Shown piece after piece: positions 37,794-49,800 of a stretch of 64,000 nt of DNA. How positions within the stretch are numbered: position 1 is the stretch's first letter; each line of letters opens with the position of its first letter. A program made the position numbers and the translations under genes. Source of the DNA: an uncultured Bacteroidia bacterium (GTDB lineage: Bacteria; Bacteroidota; Bacteroidia; Bacteroidales; ML635J-15); contig CADAXK010000013.1 in the NCBI GenBank assembly GCA_902791865.1, positions 9,812 through 73,811 on the forward strand. The letters run 5' to 3'. The notes under the pieces are model-generated. The model ran no database searches. It was not told where the DNA came from and was given only the letters and a program-made list of their open reading frames with translations.

Positions 37794-39956
37794 TCAGTCA
37801 TATTCGTACAAGATATCGGCATCATCGTCAAGGTGACCAATTACGCGAAACTCGGTACGGCGGTTCTTCTGGCGTCCTTCGGGATTGTCGGAACCATCTG
37901 GATTGGAGTTCGGTGCTATCGGTTTCGATTCGCCATAGCCCTTTGCGACAAGCCTATCCTTGCTTATGCCCTTTTGTATAAGGTAGTTTACAACCGACTG
38001 TGCCCTATTTTGCGATAGCGTCATATTGCTCTGGTCGGTACCAACGCTGTCGGTGTGCGAACTTATTTCGACAATGATTCTAGGATATGCGTTTAATATC
38101 TTCAAGATTGTGGTGTCAATTACCGTTTTCGATTCCTCGCGCAAATTGTACTTAGCGAAATCGTAGTAAATGTTTTCAACAACAAACGATCTGGTTGACA
38201 ATGCGTTAATGATAATCGGGTCGAGATGAAGCGTATCGGAATGTATTATGCCGTTTGTGGTGAAAGTAAGCTTTTTCTCCTTGTTATTAAAGTCCTTAAC
38301 GCTAATAAAATAGTCAACATCGCGTTCAAGACTGAAGAAATACATGCCATTTGCAGTTTCAGTGGATTTCAAGAAATGATTTTTGCCTTCCTTGTCGGTC
38401 ATATACAAGTCGACACGATAATCGTATAGAACCTCGACATTATCCGAGTTCTGGATTTCATCGAGACTGAGAGTCCTTGTCTTTTCGTATTCTTTCTCAA
38501 TTCTGCGGTAATATGCCGAATCGGTAACGCCCAGCACCTTTCCATCGACAGCGATTACAATGTGGTCGCGATAAATGAACTCGTAAATGTCATCGCAGCA
38601 ATTTTCGTTACGCAACGAGTATCCACCATCACGGTTTGACGAAAGGAAACCTTTTCTACGGCTCTCGTCGATGGTATAGTACAGGTCGTCGTAGCTTGAA
38701 TTTATTGGTTTGCCGACATTCTTTATGTCGTTGAATCCCTTACCCTCGCCAACTGTCTTGTATATGTCGAATCCGCCATAACCAATCATACCGTCCGAAC
38801 TATAATATAGCGTTCTGGTTGTTACATCATAGTACGGGGTTATCTCGTCGCCGATAGTATTCACCTGCTTTCCGCAGTTCTTGGCTTCCTTCCAACTATT
38901 GTCCTTAGGGTTGTACAGCGAGAACCACAAGTCAAGCCCTCCACGTCCGCCAGGACGGTCGGTTACAAAATACAACACATCGGCATTCTGGCGCGAAACG
39001 CCAAGCGACGGCATTGTGGTCGTATATCCGCTTGCGTTTATCACATCGGGAAGCCTTTCGGGAGTCTGCCATACATCATCCACAAGCTTCGACATGTAAA
39101 TTTCGCACAATCTTTTTCCCTTATCGTCTTTCTGGCACTTGGAAAAGAAAAATCTTCTCTTGTCGGCCGACAAAGCGCCATTGCAAACATCAGCATCATT
39201 GGTATTGAAAACGGTGTCGAATTCACCAAGAAAACTCCATTCCATTTCGTTGTCTTCGCGCGCAATGTAGAACTTACGTACCGGCAACGTATCGCCGCAT
39301 GTATTGTAATAGTTTATTTCGTTTTCGCGAAGCGAACCGAATACAAGAGTATTCTCGCCAAATGGAAGCGGCGAAGTATTAATGTGCTTGCTGTTAACTG
39401 CAGAATCGAGGTGAACTATTGCAATATTTTTGTTTACACTGTCGTTTGCAATCCTGTCCATTTCCTCGGCAAGCGTTTTAGCATACTTCACGTTTTCGCG
39501 CAGATTCTTGTCGGACTTGCCCCTTGCTGCAAAAAGTTCGTATTCGGCCTTGGCCTCATTGTACTTGCCCATTATTTGCAGGCATTTTGCCGAATAGAAA
39601 AGTTCCGACAAGTTAGCTTTTGCATCGCTTTCGTATACAGCCCTGAAATATTTCTGTGCTAACGGATAATTCTTTTCCTGCCAATAAAGGTTTGCCAATG
39701 TCTTCTGCACATTTACATCTCCCGGATATTTGTCATCTACCTTCTGGTAGCAGTCGGTTGCTGTGAATATGTCGCCCTCGTAGAGAGCATTTTTTGCCAT
39801 TTTTATTAGTTTGCCTTTCGACTGCGACTTTTCGCCGTTAGGATTTTGTGCATAAACGCTTACAGCCGTTGCAGAAAAAACGACAAGTGCCAAAAGCACC
39901 GCCATCCGCCTGAATATGCCGAATGCGTTTGTATATATTGGACTGTATTTTTTCAT
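37794..39956 (-). CDS. OmpA-family protein with N-terminal TPR and central TolB-like beta-propeller region
   Basis: The C-terminal SHTDSVGTDQSNMTLSQNRAQSV...NRRTEFRV is an OmpA_C peptidoglycan-binding motif. The gene starts 1 nt after the PorP/SprF stop. Confidence 0.85.
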   Translation of the reverse strand: MKKYSPIYTNAFGIFRRMAVLLALVVFSATAVSVYAQNPNGEKSQSKGKLIKMAKNALYEGDIFTATDCYQKVDDKYPGDVNVQKTLANLYWQEKNYPLAQKYFRAVYESDAKANLSELFYSAKCLQIMGKYNEAKAEYELFAARGKSDKNLRENVKYAKTLAEEMDRIANDSVNKNIAIVHLDSAVNSKHINTSPLPFGENTLVFGSLRENEINYYNTCGDTLPVRKFYIAREDNEMEWSFLGEFDTVFNTNDADVCNGALSADKRRFFFSKCQKDDKGKRLCEIYMSKLVDDVWQTPERLPDVINASGYTTTMPSLGVSRQNADVLYFVTDRPGGRGGLDLWFSLYNPKDNSWKEAKNCGKQVNTIGDEITPYYDVTTRTLYYSSDGMIGYGGFDIYKTVGEGKGFNDIKNVGKPINSSYDDLYYTIDESRRKGFLSSNRDGGYSLRNENCCDDIYEFIYRDHIVIAVDGKVLGVTDSAYYRRIEKEYEKTRTLSLDEIQNSDNVEVLYDYRVDLYMTDKEGKNHFLKSTETANGMYFFSLERDVDYFISVKDFNNKEKKLTFTTNGIIHSDTLHLDPIIINALSTRSFVVENIYYDFAKYNLREESKTVIDTTILKILNAYPRIIVEISSHTDSVGTDQSNMTLSQNRAQSVVNYLIQKGISKDRLVAKGYGESKPIAPNSNPDGSDNPEGRQKNRRTEFRVIGHLDDDADILYEYD

Positions 39957-39957
39957 G

Positions 39958-40965
39958 TTAGAATCTATCGCAAGGTAGTGTTATATAGTTCTTCTTTTCA
40001 ATTTTCAGCTTATATATCAGCGAAATCTCGAATGCTCCACGAGAATTTGTTGCCTGCATGAGTTTCGAAAGGTTGATGTCGTAGCTTGCGCCCACGGTAA
40101 TTCCATAGAATGTAAGTCCTGCCGTAAGCATTGCCGCATCGAAATTGGAGAACGATGTACGACCGCTAGCACCGAAAAATATGGATGTTATCACCTTTGT
40201 TGGTATAGAGCGTTCTGCCAATGCTCCGAAAAGCATTTCCTCTGTCTTCTTGTTGAATGTTGTAAGAATATGCGGAATTAACGACCATGATTTTCCCAAG
40301 AAGACTTTCACCTCACCATTGAACAGCATACGCGGAGTAAGCTTACTGTTGGTATTGCAATAGGTTTCCTGTGGAGAATTCAGGTGCAGTACCGAAAGAC
40401 CTACTGTTGGTTCTACCTTAAGGAATTTACCATGATAAGCGACACCAGCATTCATATCAACATATCCGAGAGATGTTTCCATGTCGGTGACATTGTTTGG
40501 CAAAGTCACATCGAAAAGACCTGTTTCTGGGTTATACTGGCTTGGCAAGGTTATTCCATCAAGGGTAAAATATTTGTTTACATATCCGCCCTGCACTCCG
40601 ATTGAAATTGTGTTCTTCTGGTTAATCCTCAGCAGGTACGACAACGAAAGCATAAACTTGTTTGCCGTAAGCTTTGTTCCGCCCGACTTGTCGTGCAGGA
40701 ACATGAATCCAACGCCCAAGCCCGACTTTCCCCTAAAGCGGAAAGGTGCATCAACCGAAACGGAAACAGTCTGGTAAGGTACGCCCACTGCACTCCATTG
40801 GGTACGGTAATTGTTTGATAGTCTTAGATTTTCATCAAAAAGACCAGTTGCTGCTGGATTGAAAACCAAAGGTGTAGCGTAATACTGCGTAAAATGTATG
40901 TCCTGTCCGAAACATGCAAGTCGGCAGACAATAATTATAAGGATTAAGCACCATGTGTATCTCAT
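39958..40965 (-). CDS. PorP/SprF-family type IX secretion system membrane protein
   Basis: The mature N-terminus QDIHFTQYYATPLVFNPAATG is the family hallmark, followed by a beta-barrel-like body. The ATG at 40965 is preferred over the TTG at 40974. Confidence 0.85.
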   Translation of the reverse strand: MRYTWCLILIIIVCRLACFGQDIHFTQYYATPLVFNPAATGLFDENLRLSNNYRTQWSAVGVPYQTVSVSVDAPFRFRGKSGLGVGFMFLHDKSGGTKLTANKFMLSLSYLLRINQKNTISIGVQGGYVNKYFTLDGITLPSQYNPETGLFDVTLPNNVTDMETSLGYVDMNAGVAYHGKFLKVEPTVGLSVLHLNSPQETYCNTNSKLTPRMLFNGEVKVFLGKSWSLIPHILTTFNKKTEEMLFGALAERSIPTKVITSIFFGASGRTSFSNFDAAMLTAGLTFYGITVGASYDINLSKLMQATNSRGAFEISLIYKLKIEKKNYITLPCDRF

Positions 40966-41014
40966 ACGCCACAATAATTTTTTGCAATATTAACACTTTT
41001 TTATAATATGCAAA

Positions 41015-42022
41015 TTAATTTTTGAAAAATTTGCCAATAAAAAATTTATCGTCAGCAAAAACTTTGACAAAATATACACCAAATGACAGTTCGGAAACAT
41101 CAAACTCAAAAGAACCTGCAGATGAAAAATTCTTCATCTCAACACCGGTATTATCCAAAATGGAAACATCGTACACACATGTATTTTCGTCTGGAATTTC
41201 AATGCGTAAAATGTCATTAACTGGGTTGGGAGAGACACTTATGTTTTCTATTGTAAATGTTTTGTTTTCTGTCAACGCCTCAACATCTTCCATAGTGCAG
41301 TAGTTTCTAGGATAATAAGCACTATAGTTATAACCAGGATGATACTGACTTGAGTTATGAAAAATCATAGAACCATTGAACCACACGCATAGCACCTCTT
41401 GCCAGCCTCCCGCCCATCCTGGTAATGGGTATATATTGTATTCGCTAATAAATCCACGTTCACTGCCAAATCCCGAAAACCATACGGAAGAACAATAATT
41501 ATCAGAACAACCACCTACCCATTCAACATTTCCATTTACATACTCGACATATACAGGTGCTATTGTCCACATTTTATACTGATTGCCCTCGTTTTCAATA
41601 GTATCCAAATCGCATACAACGATTTTATAAACAGAATATACATTTTCTAAAAAGCCATCAAGAGTTATTGTATCACCAATTTGCGCCTTATAATCAAAAA
41701 TCAGTGCCGGATTTTCATTAGGATACTCAAAATATAACAAACTGTCTTCTGTAATACGAACATTGAAAAGGACAGGACATTCGTCTATATTATCAAGAGA
41801 ATACCCCTCATAACTTCTGCCACCTTTCATTTGATACACATTGCTTTCTGTTGAAGCTTCACACAACTTGAAATAGTGCACAATCCAAGGATAATCTGGA
41901 GACTGAGAATAGTTTCCTACACTCCATACCGTATTTGGCCGTGCAAACAAGGATATGTCGGGAGTTTGCGAATAGGCGCTTGCTGCAAGCGAAAACAGCA
42001 CTAATGCAAACAAATATCTCAT
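41015..42022 (-). CDS. T9SS type-A sorting-domain protein, unknown function
   Basis: Signal peptide. C-terminal VSPNPVNDILRIEI...GVYFVKVFADDKFFIGKFFKN. Confidence 0.75.
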   Translation of the reverse strand: MRYLFALVLFSLAASAYSQTPDISLFARPNTVWSVGNYSQSPDYPWIVHYFKLCEASTESNVYQMKGGRSYEGYSLDNIDECPVLFNVRITEDSLLYFEYPNENPALIFDYKAQIGDTITLDGFLENVYSVYKIVVCDLDTIENEGNQYKMWTIAPVYVEYVNGNVEWVGGCSDNYCSSVWFSGFGSERGFISEYNIYPLPGWAGGWQEVLCVWFNGSMIFHNSSQYHPGYNYSAYYPRNYCTMEDVEALTENKTFTIENISVSPNPVNDILRIEIPDENTCVYDVSILDNTGVEMKNFSSAGSFEFDVSELSFGVYFVKVFADDKFFIGKFFKN

Positions 42023-42090
42023 AGCATAACTTTTTGTAAATTCAACATACTTTTTAAATTATAAAACAATTCTCACCAATTAAATTTCCG

Positions 42091-42098
42091 CAAACTTA
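42091..42098 (-). promoter_or_regulatory. Candidate -7 box (TAAGTTTG on the minus strand)
   Basis: TAnnTTTG, 69 nt upstream of the ATG at 42022. Confidence 0.35.
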
Positions 42099-42171
42099 GG
42101 CATTATGTGCGAATAATCAAAATAATCTTAAACTTTTTTAAATTTTCTTTAAGACATATCAAAAAAAATCT

Positions 42172-42179
42172 TACCTTTG
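42172..42179 (+). promoter_or_regulatory. Candidate -7 box (TACCTTTG)
   Basis: TAnnTTTG, 34 nt upstream of the ATG at 42213. Confidence 0.45.
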
Positions 42180-42212
42180 CAAGATAATATGTTGTAATTT
42201 GCAGTTAAACTT

Positions 42213-45200
42213 ATGAATATAAAAAAGTTAACCGTACTAGTTGTGGCATTGATCTTGATGCAATTTGTATCGCTAGCACAACTTTCAGTTTCGATAACAG
42301 GGAATTTCAGCGGATGTCCACCTTTGATACAGCAGTTCGGATGCAATATTTCGGGAGCAAGTGGCGATGTAACTTATTCGTGGTCATCGGGTAACGGCGA
42401 TGTATCGCAACTGCCTACCCCAACGTTCTCGTACATCAATCCCGGACGATACACGCTTTCGGTTACTATTACAAGCGGCGGACAAACTGCAAGCGACAGT
42501 CATGAAGTTGTTGTTTTCCATGTACCTACCGCACAATTCTCCGACACACCAATTAGAGGCTGCATACCATACGACTTTGTCGCCGCTAACCAATCGACAC
42601 AAGGCGACGCCGAAATAACAAATTACCTATGGTACTTTGGCGATGGACAATCATCAAACCAAGCATCACCCACACATACCTACCAAAGTTCAGGCGTATA
42701 TACCGTTTCACTCGAAGTAACCGATGCTAACGGATGCGTTGACAACAAGACTGCAACACAGATGATTACTCTGTCGAAAGCCCCAGAGGTATCGTTTACT
42801 GCACGCGATGCTCAATGGTGCGTAGCTCCCCACGATGTTTCGTTCACCTCCAACATTTCAACTACTGGCGGACTTGGCGGACAATGCACAACAAACTGGA
42901 ATTTCGGTGATGGAAGCTCAAGCACACAAGAAAACCCATCGCACACCTACACAAGAACTGGCGAGTTCGATGTAACGCTGACTGTATCCGACGAATACGG
43001 ATGCAGCACCACTGTAGAAGAACCTCGCCTGGTAATTATTGGCATGATGTCGCCCGAATGTACCGTTCCGACACAAATGTGCGTAAATCAATCAGCCGTA
43101 TTTACAAGCAATGTAGATAACGAAAGCATCTGGAATTTCGGTGACGGCACCGGAGATCAACAAGGTCCAACAGCAACCCACAGCTATTCGCAACCAGGAG
43201 CATATCCCGTTACATTTACGGTAGACCCCAACGGACCATGCCGACAAGTGAGGACTTTCACAGTACAAGTTGAACGCGTAGAAGCATCATTCCGCACCGT
43301 ACCTACCGATTTGTTCTCGTGCACATATCCTTTCGAAGTGCAGTTCATCAGCACTTCTGTCGGAAACGATCTGTCATACTTCTACAATTTTGGCGATCAG
43401 CGTCCTGGAAACGAGGCAAATATGTCGCATTCGTATATGCAAAACGGAGAATTTACCCCCACCCTCACAGTTACTTCGCCAACGGGATGCTCGTCGCAAT
43501 TTACTGGACCGACTATCGTTGTTCATGAGCCACAAGTATCGATCAGCGCCTCTGAAGACGGCGGTTGCTGGCCTCTTGATGTCGAGCTAACCAATGGAGG
43601 TTCCGACAATAACATCATAACCGACTACTATTGGGAATATGGCGACGGCACATCGGCGCACACAACAACACCTTCAACCGAACACACTTACAATTACGGA
43701 ACATTTACGCCAACTCTTACCGTTACCGACCAGAACGGATGTACCGCCACAAGAGAAGGTCCAGAAATATCGACAGGATACCAGATATTGCCAGAAGATT
43801 TCGGCGCAATGGACTCTCTGCACAATTATATTCCAAAAGCCAACATTTGTGCATCAGACACCATTTATCTTTACAATTCAATGTACGAAGACCACGACAC
43901 CCTTGACTATACATTCATAATAAATATGAACGACAGCCCATTCGAGGAACAGAGCAGCGAAACATACCACCAATACTCTTTTGAACAAGATACAGGCTGG
44001 GCATATATCGGATTGAGGGTCGACTACAACCAGTGCAAATCGGATACACTATGGTGGGACAGCATATATGTGGCACCTCCTATCGTAAAGATAAGGTCAA
44101 TATCCGACTGCCAGTCGCCTCGCGACTATACATATAAGATAAGCCAAAATATCGGTGCAGATTATTGGGACTGGACTATTACCGACCTTGAAACAGAAAC
44201 AGTAATACAGCAGGTTCTACATTCCACCGTTGACTCAATAAATATAACATACGATTCATACGGCAGGTACGAATGCAAGATTGTAGCATACAACGACACT
44301 TACGGAGAATGCGAATATGAAAAAACAATTACAAGCGAAATAGTAGAACAAGACATGACTTGGTCGGTTACGCACGATACCATCTGCACCGGACAAAGAA
44401 TTTCCATCACTATAAGCGAGGCAGCAGCATACAACGAAGTCGCATATAACTGGACAGGCGAAAGCGTTTCATACGATACCCTAAACTGGATTCCTGCATC
44501 ACCAGGAATGCAATCGGATATGTATCAATATGCAGATAGCGGGAATTACAATCTGACAATTTATGCCCGCAAAGCGGATAATTGCGTATCAATCTTTACA
44601 AAAAACATATATGTTGTTGGCGCCAGAGCACACATGGTGCCAGAAAGTCTTGCAACTGGTTGCGCACCGGCATCATTCGAATTTGAAGCAATACCCGAAA
44701 CAAATGACCCATTGCAGTATGTAGCATGGGACTTCGGTGACGGCTCGCCAATTGATACCACTTACACTCCAAATGTACCAGTAGAACATACATATACAAA
44801 TGTAGGCACATATAGAATCATTATGCGTATATCGACAGAACATGGCTGTAAATTCTCGAAGATATATTCAAACAGAATACGAGTAATAGATGCTTTAAAT
44901 GCAGATGTTACATTCGGCGCCAGCAATATATGCCTAGGTGAAGGCAGCTCCTTCACAGCCGCCGATAACGACAACTCAATATGGCACGAATGGGACTTCG
45001 GCGATGGAACGCAACTATCTGGAAACTATAGCGTTGTCAACCACCAGTACGAGCAAGCTGGCAACTATACAATTACGCATATAGTTTCGGGAGGCGAAAA
45101 TGGCAATTTTGCATGCAACGATACCGCAATGTATGAAAACGCCATGACGATAGAAAGCATCTCAGCTGACTTTGAATTGGACAGCACATTTTTCTCGTGC

Positions 45201-46676
45201 TATCCAGTCAGTCCTAACATACAAAGCAACGTGCAGTATGCTCCCGATGACATAAATGTCTCATACACATGGGATATGGGAAACAACGAGCAGGGCATAC
45301 ATGTGCCTAACCCGCAATACCTGTACACCACACCCGGCACATACACCATTACTTTGGAAGCAGAAACGCCAGCAGGATGCCGTTCAACGGCAACCCACAC
45401 AATAGAAATAACAGGTCCTGTTGCCGATATTCACCTGAGCGATACTATTGTATGCGCCGGCGGAATAATAAGCATGTCGATGGCCAATGCAAGCAATGTG
45501 GATAGTTTGGTATGGGTTGTTGGCGGCGGATACAACTATTTCACGCCGGAAGTTACGCACCAATACGACTTTGTGCCCGAATCCGGTTACTTCCCCGTAA
45601 CATTGTCAATACATCAGGGACACTGCAAGATTGACCTTACCGAACGAATATTTGTATATAGGTTGCGTGGCGACTTCACGCTTGCAGATACAGACGGTAA
45701 CATCATCGAATACAATGAAGGCGTATGTTCGCCTTTGGTTGGAACATTGGCACACGACTATCCAGATGACTGCACACTGCAATGGCTCGTAAACGGAAAC
45801 CCGCATACTGGAGAAAATGTAAACTGGCAGAACAACTCCGTACAGACAGACTCACTGTTCACTGTCAAGATTCTTGCCACCGATACGCTGGGTTGTATCG
45901 ACAGCATATCGCACCGCTACTATGTATACCACCTGCCGACGCTTAGAGTAAGCAACGACACAACCATCTGCTACGGCGATACCGTAAAAATGTCGGCAAT
46001 GGATGCTTACGCATACTACTGGGAAAATCCAATCGACGACAGCCTTCCAAATCAAATTGCTACACCAGAAGAATCAATTGTATATCATGTTAATGCATAC
46101 ACCGAAAACAGATGTACAGTATCGGATTCCATTTCGGTTATTGTAATTCCAACATACGAGGCATCGGTATCTGATGATTATTTCAGGATAAACATGGGCG
46201 ACACTGCTGTAGCAATCATTACAACCGACAACAGCGACATTTCTTGCCAAATTTTACCTGAAGAATCCGTAACGATGCGCAACTGCGACTCGATAGTATT
46301 TTATCCAGAGGAGAATGCCGACTATGTGCTTATCCTAAAGGATACAAGCATCTGTCCAGACCGCAAGTTCGACATACACATTGACGTGGAAAAGATATTT
46401 ACACTTGACGTTCCAGGCGCATTCACTCCGCTAAGCGAAGGTGACGGCAACAATATAGTTTATGCCCGTGGACTTGGCATAAAGCATTTGCTACAATTCC
46501 GCATTTTCAACCGATGGGGCGAAGAAGTCTTCTTTACCGACGACCTGCATACTGGCTGGGACGGAACCGTAAACGGAAAGGTGCAGAATAGCGACACCTA
46601 TTCGTATTATGTCGAGGCAGAAATGTTTGACGGAAGCATACAAAGCAAGAAAGGAAACATTATGCTGATAAGGTAG
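42213..46676 (+). CDS. PKD-repeat surface protein with a T9SS type-B (gliding-motility-associated) C-terminal domain, paralog 1
   Basis: Signal peptide. Many W(Y/N)FGDG PKD cores. The tail reads LDVPGAFTPLSEGDGNN...FRIFNRWGEEVFF...GWDG...YYVEAEMFDG...IMLIR. Confidence 0.9.
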   Translation: MNIKKLTVLVVALILMQFVSLAQLSVSITGNFSGCPPLIQQFGCNISGASGDVTYSWSSGNGDVSQLPTPTFSYINPGRYTLSVTITSGGQTASDSHEVVVFHVPTAQFSDTPIRGCIPYDFVAANQSTQGDAEITNYLWYFGDGQSSNQASPTHTYQSSGVYTVSLEVTDANGCVDNKTATQMITLSKAPEVSFTARDAQWCVAPHDVSFTSNISTTGGLGGQCTTNWNFGDGSSSTQENPSHTYTRTGEFDVTLTVSDEYGCSTTVEEPRLVIIGMMSPECTVPTQMCVNQSAVFTSNVDNESIWNFGDGTGDQQGPTATHSYSQPGAYPVTFTVDPNGPCRQVRTFTVQVERVEASFRTVPTDLFSCTYPFEVQFISTSVGNDLSYFYNFGDQRPGNEANMSHSYMQNGEFTPTLTVTSPTGCSSQFTGPTIVVHEPQVSISASEDGGCWPLDVELTNGGSDNNIITDYYWEYGDGTSAHTTTPSTEHTYNYGTFTPTLTVTDQNGCTATREGPEISTGYQILPEDFGAMDSLHNYIPKANICASDTIYLYNSMYEDHDTLDYTFIINMNDSPFEEQSSETYHQYSFEQDTGWAYIGLRVDYNQCKSDTLWWDSIYVAPPIVKIRSISDCQSPRDYTYKISQNIGADYWDWTITDLETETVIQQVLHSTVDSINITYDSYGRYECKIVAYNDTYGECEYEKTITSEIVEQDMTWSVTHDTICTGQRISITISEAAAYNEVAYNWTGESVSYDTLNWIPASPGMQSDMYQYADSGNYNLTIYARKADNCVSIFTKNIYVVGARAHMVPESLATGCAPASFEFEAIPETNDPLQYVAWDFGDGSPIDTTYTPNVPVEHTYTNVGTYRIIMRISTEHGCKFSKIYSNRIRVIDALNADVTFGASNICLGEGSSFTAADNDNSIWHEWDFGDGTQLSGNYSVVNHQYEQAGNYTITHIVSGGENGNFACNDTAMYENAMTIESISADFELDSTFFSCYPVSPNIQSNVQYAPDDINVSYTWDMGNNEQGIHVPNPQYLYTTPGTYTITLEAETPAGCRSTATHTIEITGPVADIHLSDTIVCAGGIISMSMANASNVDSLVWVVGGGYNYFTPEVTHQYDFVPESGYFPVTLSIHQGHCKIDLTERIFVYRLRGDFTLADTDGNIIEYNEGVCSPLVGTLAHDYPDDCTLQWLVNGNPHTGENVNWQNNSVQTDSLFTVKILATDTLGCIDSISHRYYVYHLPTLRVSNDTTICYGDTVKMSAMDAYAYYWENPIDDSLPNQIATPEESIVYHVNAYTENRCTVSDSISVIVIPTYEASVSDDYFRINMGDTAVAIITTDNSDISCQILPEESVTMRNCDSIVFYPEENADYVLILKDTSICPDRKFDIHIDVEKIFTLDVPGAFTPLSEGDGNNIVYARGLGIKHLLQFRIFNRWGEEVFFTDDLHTGWDGTVNGKVQNSDTYSYYVEAEMFDGSIQSKKGNIMLIR

Positions 46677-46767
46677 GCGGAGACCAGTTTCTGGGTTTCG
46701 GGTTGTTTGAAATTGTTCATTTGTGTTAAATTTTTGTTAAAACAACATTCATCAGGCAACGAAAATG

Positions 46768-46775
46768 TATTTTTG
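46768..46775 (+). promoter_or_regulatory. Candidate -7 box (TATTTTTG)
   Basis: TAnnTTTG, 39 nt upstream of the ATG at 46814. Confidence 0.4.
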
Positions 46776-46813
46776 GGTGTCATATTTATATTAGAGATTA
46801 TAAATATTGCAAC

Positions 46814-49800
46814 ATGAGAGAATACATTTACAAGATACTAAAATACATAATGTTGGCGCTTATTGCCATTCTATTGCAGATGGTGACGAAAGCCCAGTTG
46901 TCGGTTTCGATAACAGGTCGTTTCGAGGGTTGTGCGCCACAAATCCTCTCTTTCGGATGCAATGTAAACGGAGCAACAGGCGAAGTTTCGTATTCATGGA
47001 CATCGGGCAACGGAGACGTTTCGGTGCTTGCCGAACCTACATTTTCATATCTCACACCAGGACGATACACCATTTCTGTCACAGCATCAAGTGGCGGACA
47101 AACAGCCACCGACAGCCACGAAATAGTTATTTTCAACGGACCTACGGCATCATTCAACGACAGCACCATTGTAGGATGCGTATCAAGAGGATATTTGTTC
47201 CAAAGCAGCTCTACTGCTGGAGATGCCGAAATTACAAACTGGCTCTGGTATTTTGGTGACGGTGTTTCGGCACAAGGTCGGTACAGGGCACACACATACA
47301 CATCGCCAGGCGTTTACACGGTTTCGCTCGAGGTTACCGATGCCAACGGATGCCGTGACGAATATCATTCGCAAATGCTAACGCTCTCCAAACGTCCAGA
47401 AGTTTCAATAACGGCCAACAATGCACAATGGTGCGTGGCTCCGCACGAGGTAAATTTTTCATCGGAAATATCAACCGATGTCGGACTTGGCGGACCCTAC
47501 ACGGCAACTTGGGATTTTGGAGACGGCACAGAAAGCAACGAGGACAATCCATCGCACACCTACGAAAACACTGGTAGCTACAATGTTACACTCATAGTGG
47601 TTGATTCGTACGGTTGCACGTCGGTAGTACAAGAAAATAACATGGTTGTGATAGGAACACTGACACCTACCTGCACAGTGCCAACAGAAATGTGCCTCAA
47701 TACACAGTCCACCTTCCGTAGCAATATCGACGACGAATTAGCTTGCTATTGGGATTTTGGCGATGGAACTGCCCTGCAATGGGGTGCAGAAGCTAGCCAT
47801 ACGTATTCGCAAGTGGGAAACTATTCGGTGTCGTTCACTGCCGATCCCAACGGCCCATGCCGACAGACACAGGTTTTCAATGTCAATGTGGTGGACGTCC
47901 ACGCATCTTTCCGCACCGAACCCGAGGACTTGTTTTCATGTACATACCCTTTCAATGTCAGGTTTATTAGCACTTCCACAGGTGAAAATCTTACATATAC
48001 CTACAATTTCGATGATAATTACATTGGCTTTGATGAGATTTCCAACCACTCGTATTCGCAGAACGGCAGATTTACGCCAACACTTACGGTCACATCGCCA
48101 GGCGGTTGCATATCGAGATATACAGGACCAGAAATTGTTGTCAACCAACCCGATGCGGAACTTCATTCCACCACGGCTGGCGGATGCATACCAACAACCG
48201 TAGGTTTTTACAACGATCCAGAATATACAAGCAATTCGGCTGTCGTGGATTTCTTTTGGGATTTTGGAGATGGCACATCAGCCCACACAACCACATCAAC
48301 TGTAGAACATGTATATTCCGAGTTCGGCACCTATTATCCAACGCTCACAATTACCGACACTTCTGGATGCACAGCCACAAGCCAACTGCACGAACGACCA
48401 CTAGCAAGCATTGTTACAGGAACTCAGGTTTCACCAGAACAATTTGGAGTAACTGATGCCTCGTTCAATTTTATTCCAGGCGATACGATTTGTCCATCAG
48501 ACACGGCTTATCTTTACAACTCTATGTATGGTAATTCTACAGAGTACAACTATTTCTTTGTGATTAGCGCAGGAAGCATGTCATGGGATGTAAATTCTGA
48601 TGATGAATATACTTCTTATTTATTCAAGGTTGATACAGGATGGAACAATGTAGGATTCACAATAGAGTACCGCAACTGCAAGTCGCCAGTAGAACCATGG
48701 GACAGCGTTTATGTGAACCCACCCATCGTACATCTAGCTTCGCATTCCGACTGCGCTGCACCTTTTGCATACTCGTTCAATCTGACCGAAAATCTTGGCG
48801 CAGAATACTGGGACTGGCTAATATGGAATAGTGAGAACAACTATATCTATATGAATCTCATTCATTCTACTGAGGATTCCATTTCTGTTGTATTTCCTGG
48901 CTACGGCAACTATCACTGCAAACTTACCGCCCACAAAGAAGGATCGGATTGCGAATTCGTGCGGGAAGTCGTCTGCGACATAAAACCACCTACTTTTAAC
49001 TGGGAAATCTCAACCGACACTCTTTGCCTCGGAAACAGGCTTACCGCCGTGGTGCTTAACGCACCGGCCTTTGCCGAAGTCGCTTTCGACTGGGAAGGCA
49101 GAGGGATACCAACAGACCAGCTCGAGTGGATTCAAATAAACGGTATTACTGATTCGCGACACACATACGAGCAAGGCGGCAATTACGAGGTTGTGGCATA
49201 CGCACGTCAACACGATGGATGTATTTCGGTATTTACCAAACAGTTGTATGTAGTTGACCCTCATTCGACTATATCACCAACAAATCTTGTCGTTGGTTGC
49301 AATCCTGCAACATTCGAGTTCCATAACATCACCAACACCGACGATCCCATTTATTCGGCAACATGGAATTTTGGCGACGGCTCGGGAAGCGCGTCTGGCG
49401 AAACCGTCACACATACCTTTGCTGAAGCTGGCATTTACGATATTTCGTTGAGCATTATAACATGGCATGGCTGTCAGTATTCAGCTACCTTCAACGAAAG
49501 GGTGAAAGTCCTTAATTTTCCATACGCTTCCGTTGATTACACGCGAGAGGTTTGCCTCGGTACTGTACAAACTTTTGTGTCCAGCGAGTCGGATAATTCC
49601 ATCTGGCACGAATGGGACTTTGGCGACGGCTCAACAATTTCGGGAACAGGGAGTACGGTCACCCACTTGTACGGACAATCTGGAAACTACACTCTTAGAC
49701 ATATAGTTTCGGTGCGAGGCGAAAATGGCGCTGTATGTAGCGATACGGTTTCGTATGGAAGGGATTTATTTATTGAAAATATCGTGTCGGCAGACTTTAC

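Noticed and set aside
42023-42212. Invertible (phase-variable) promoter between the divergent T9SS operons.
   Set aside because: I found only short direct A/T-rich repeats (CTTTTTAAATT), no flanking inverted repeats and no nearby site-specific recombinase. Each direction already has its own TAnnTTTG box.
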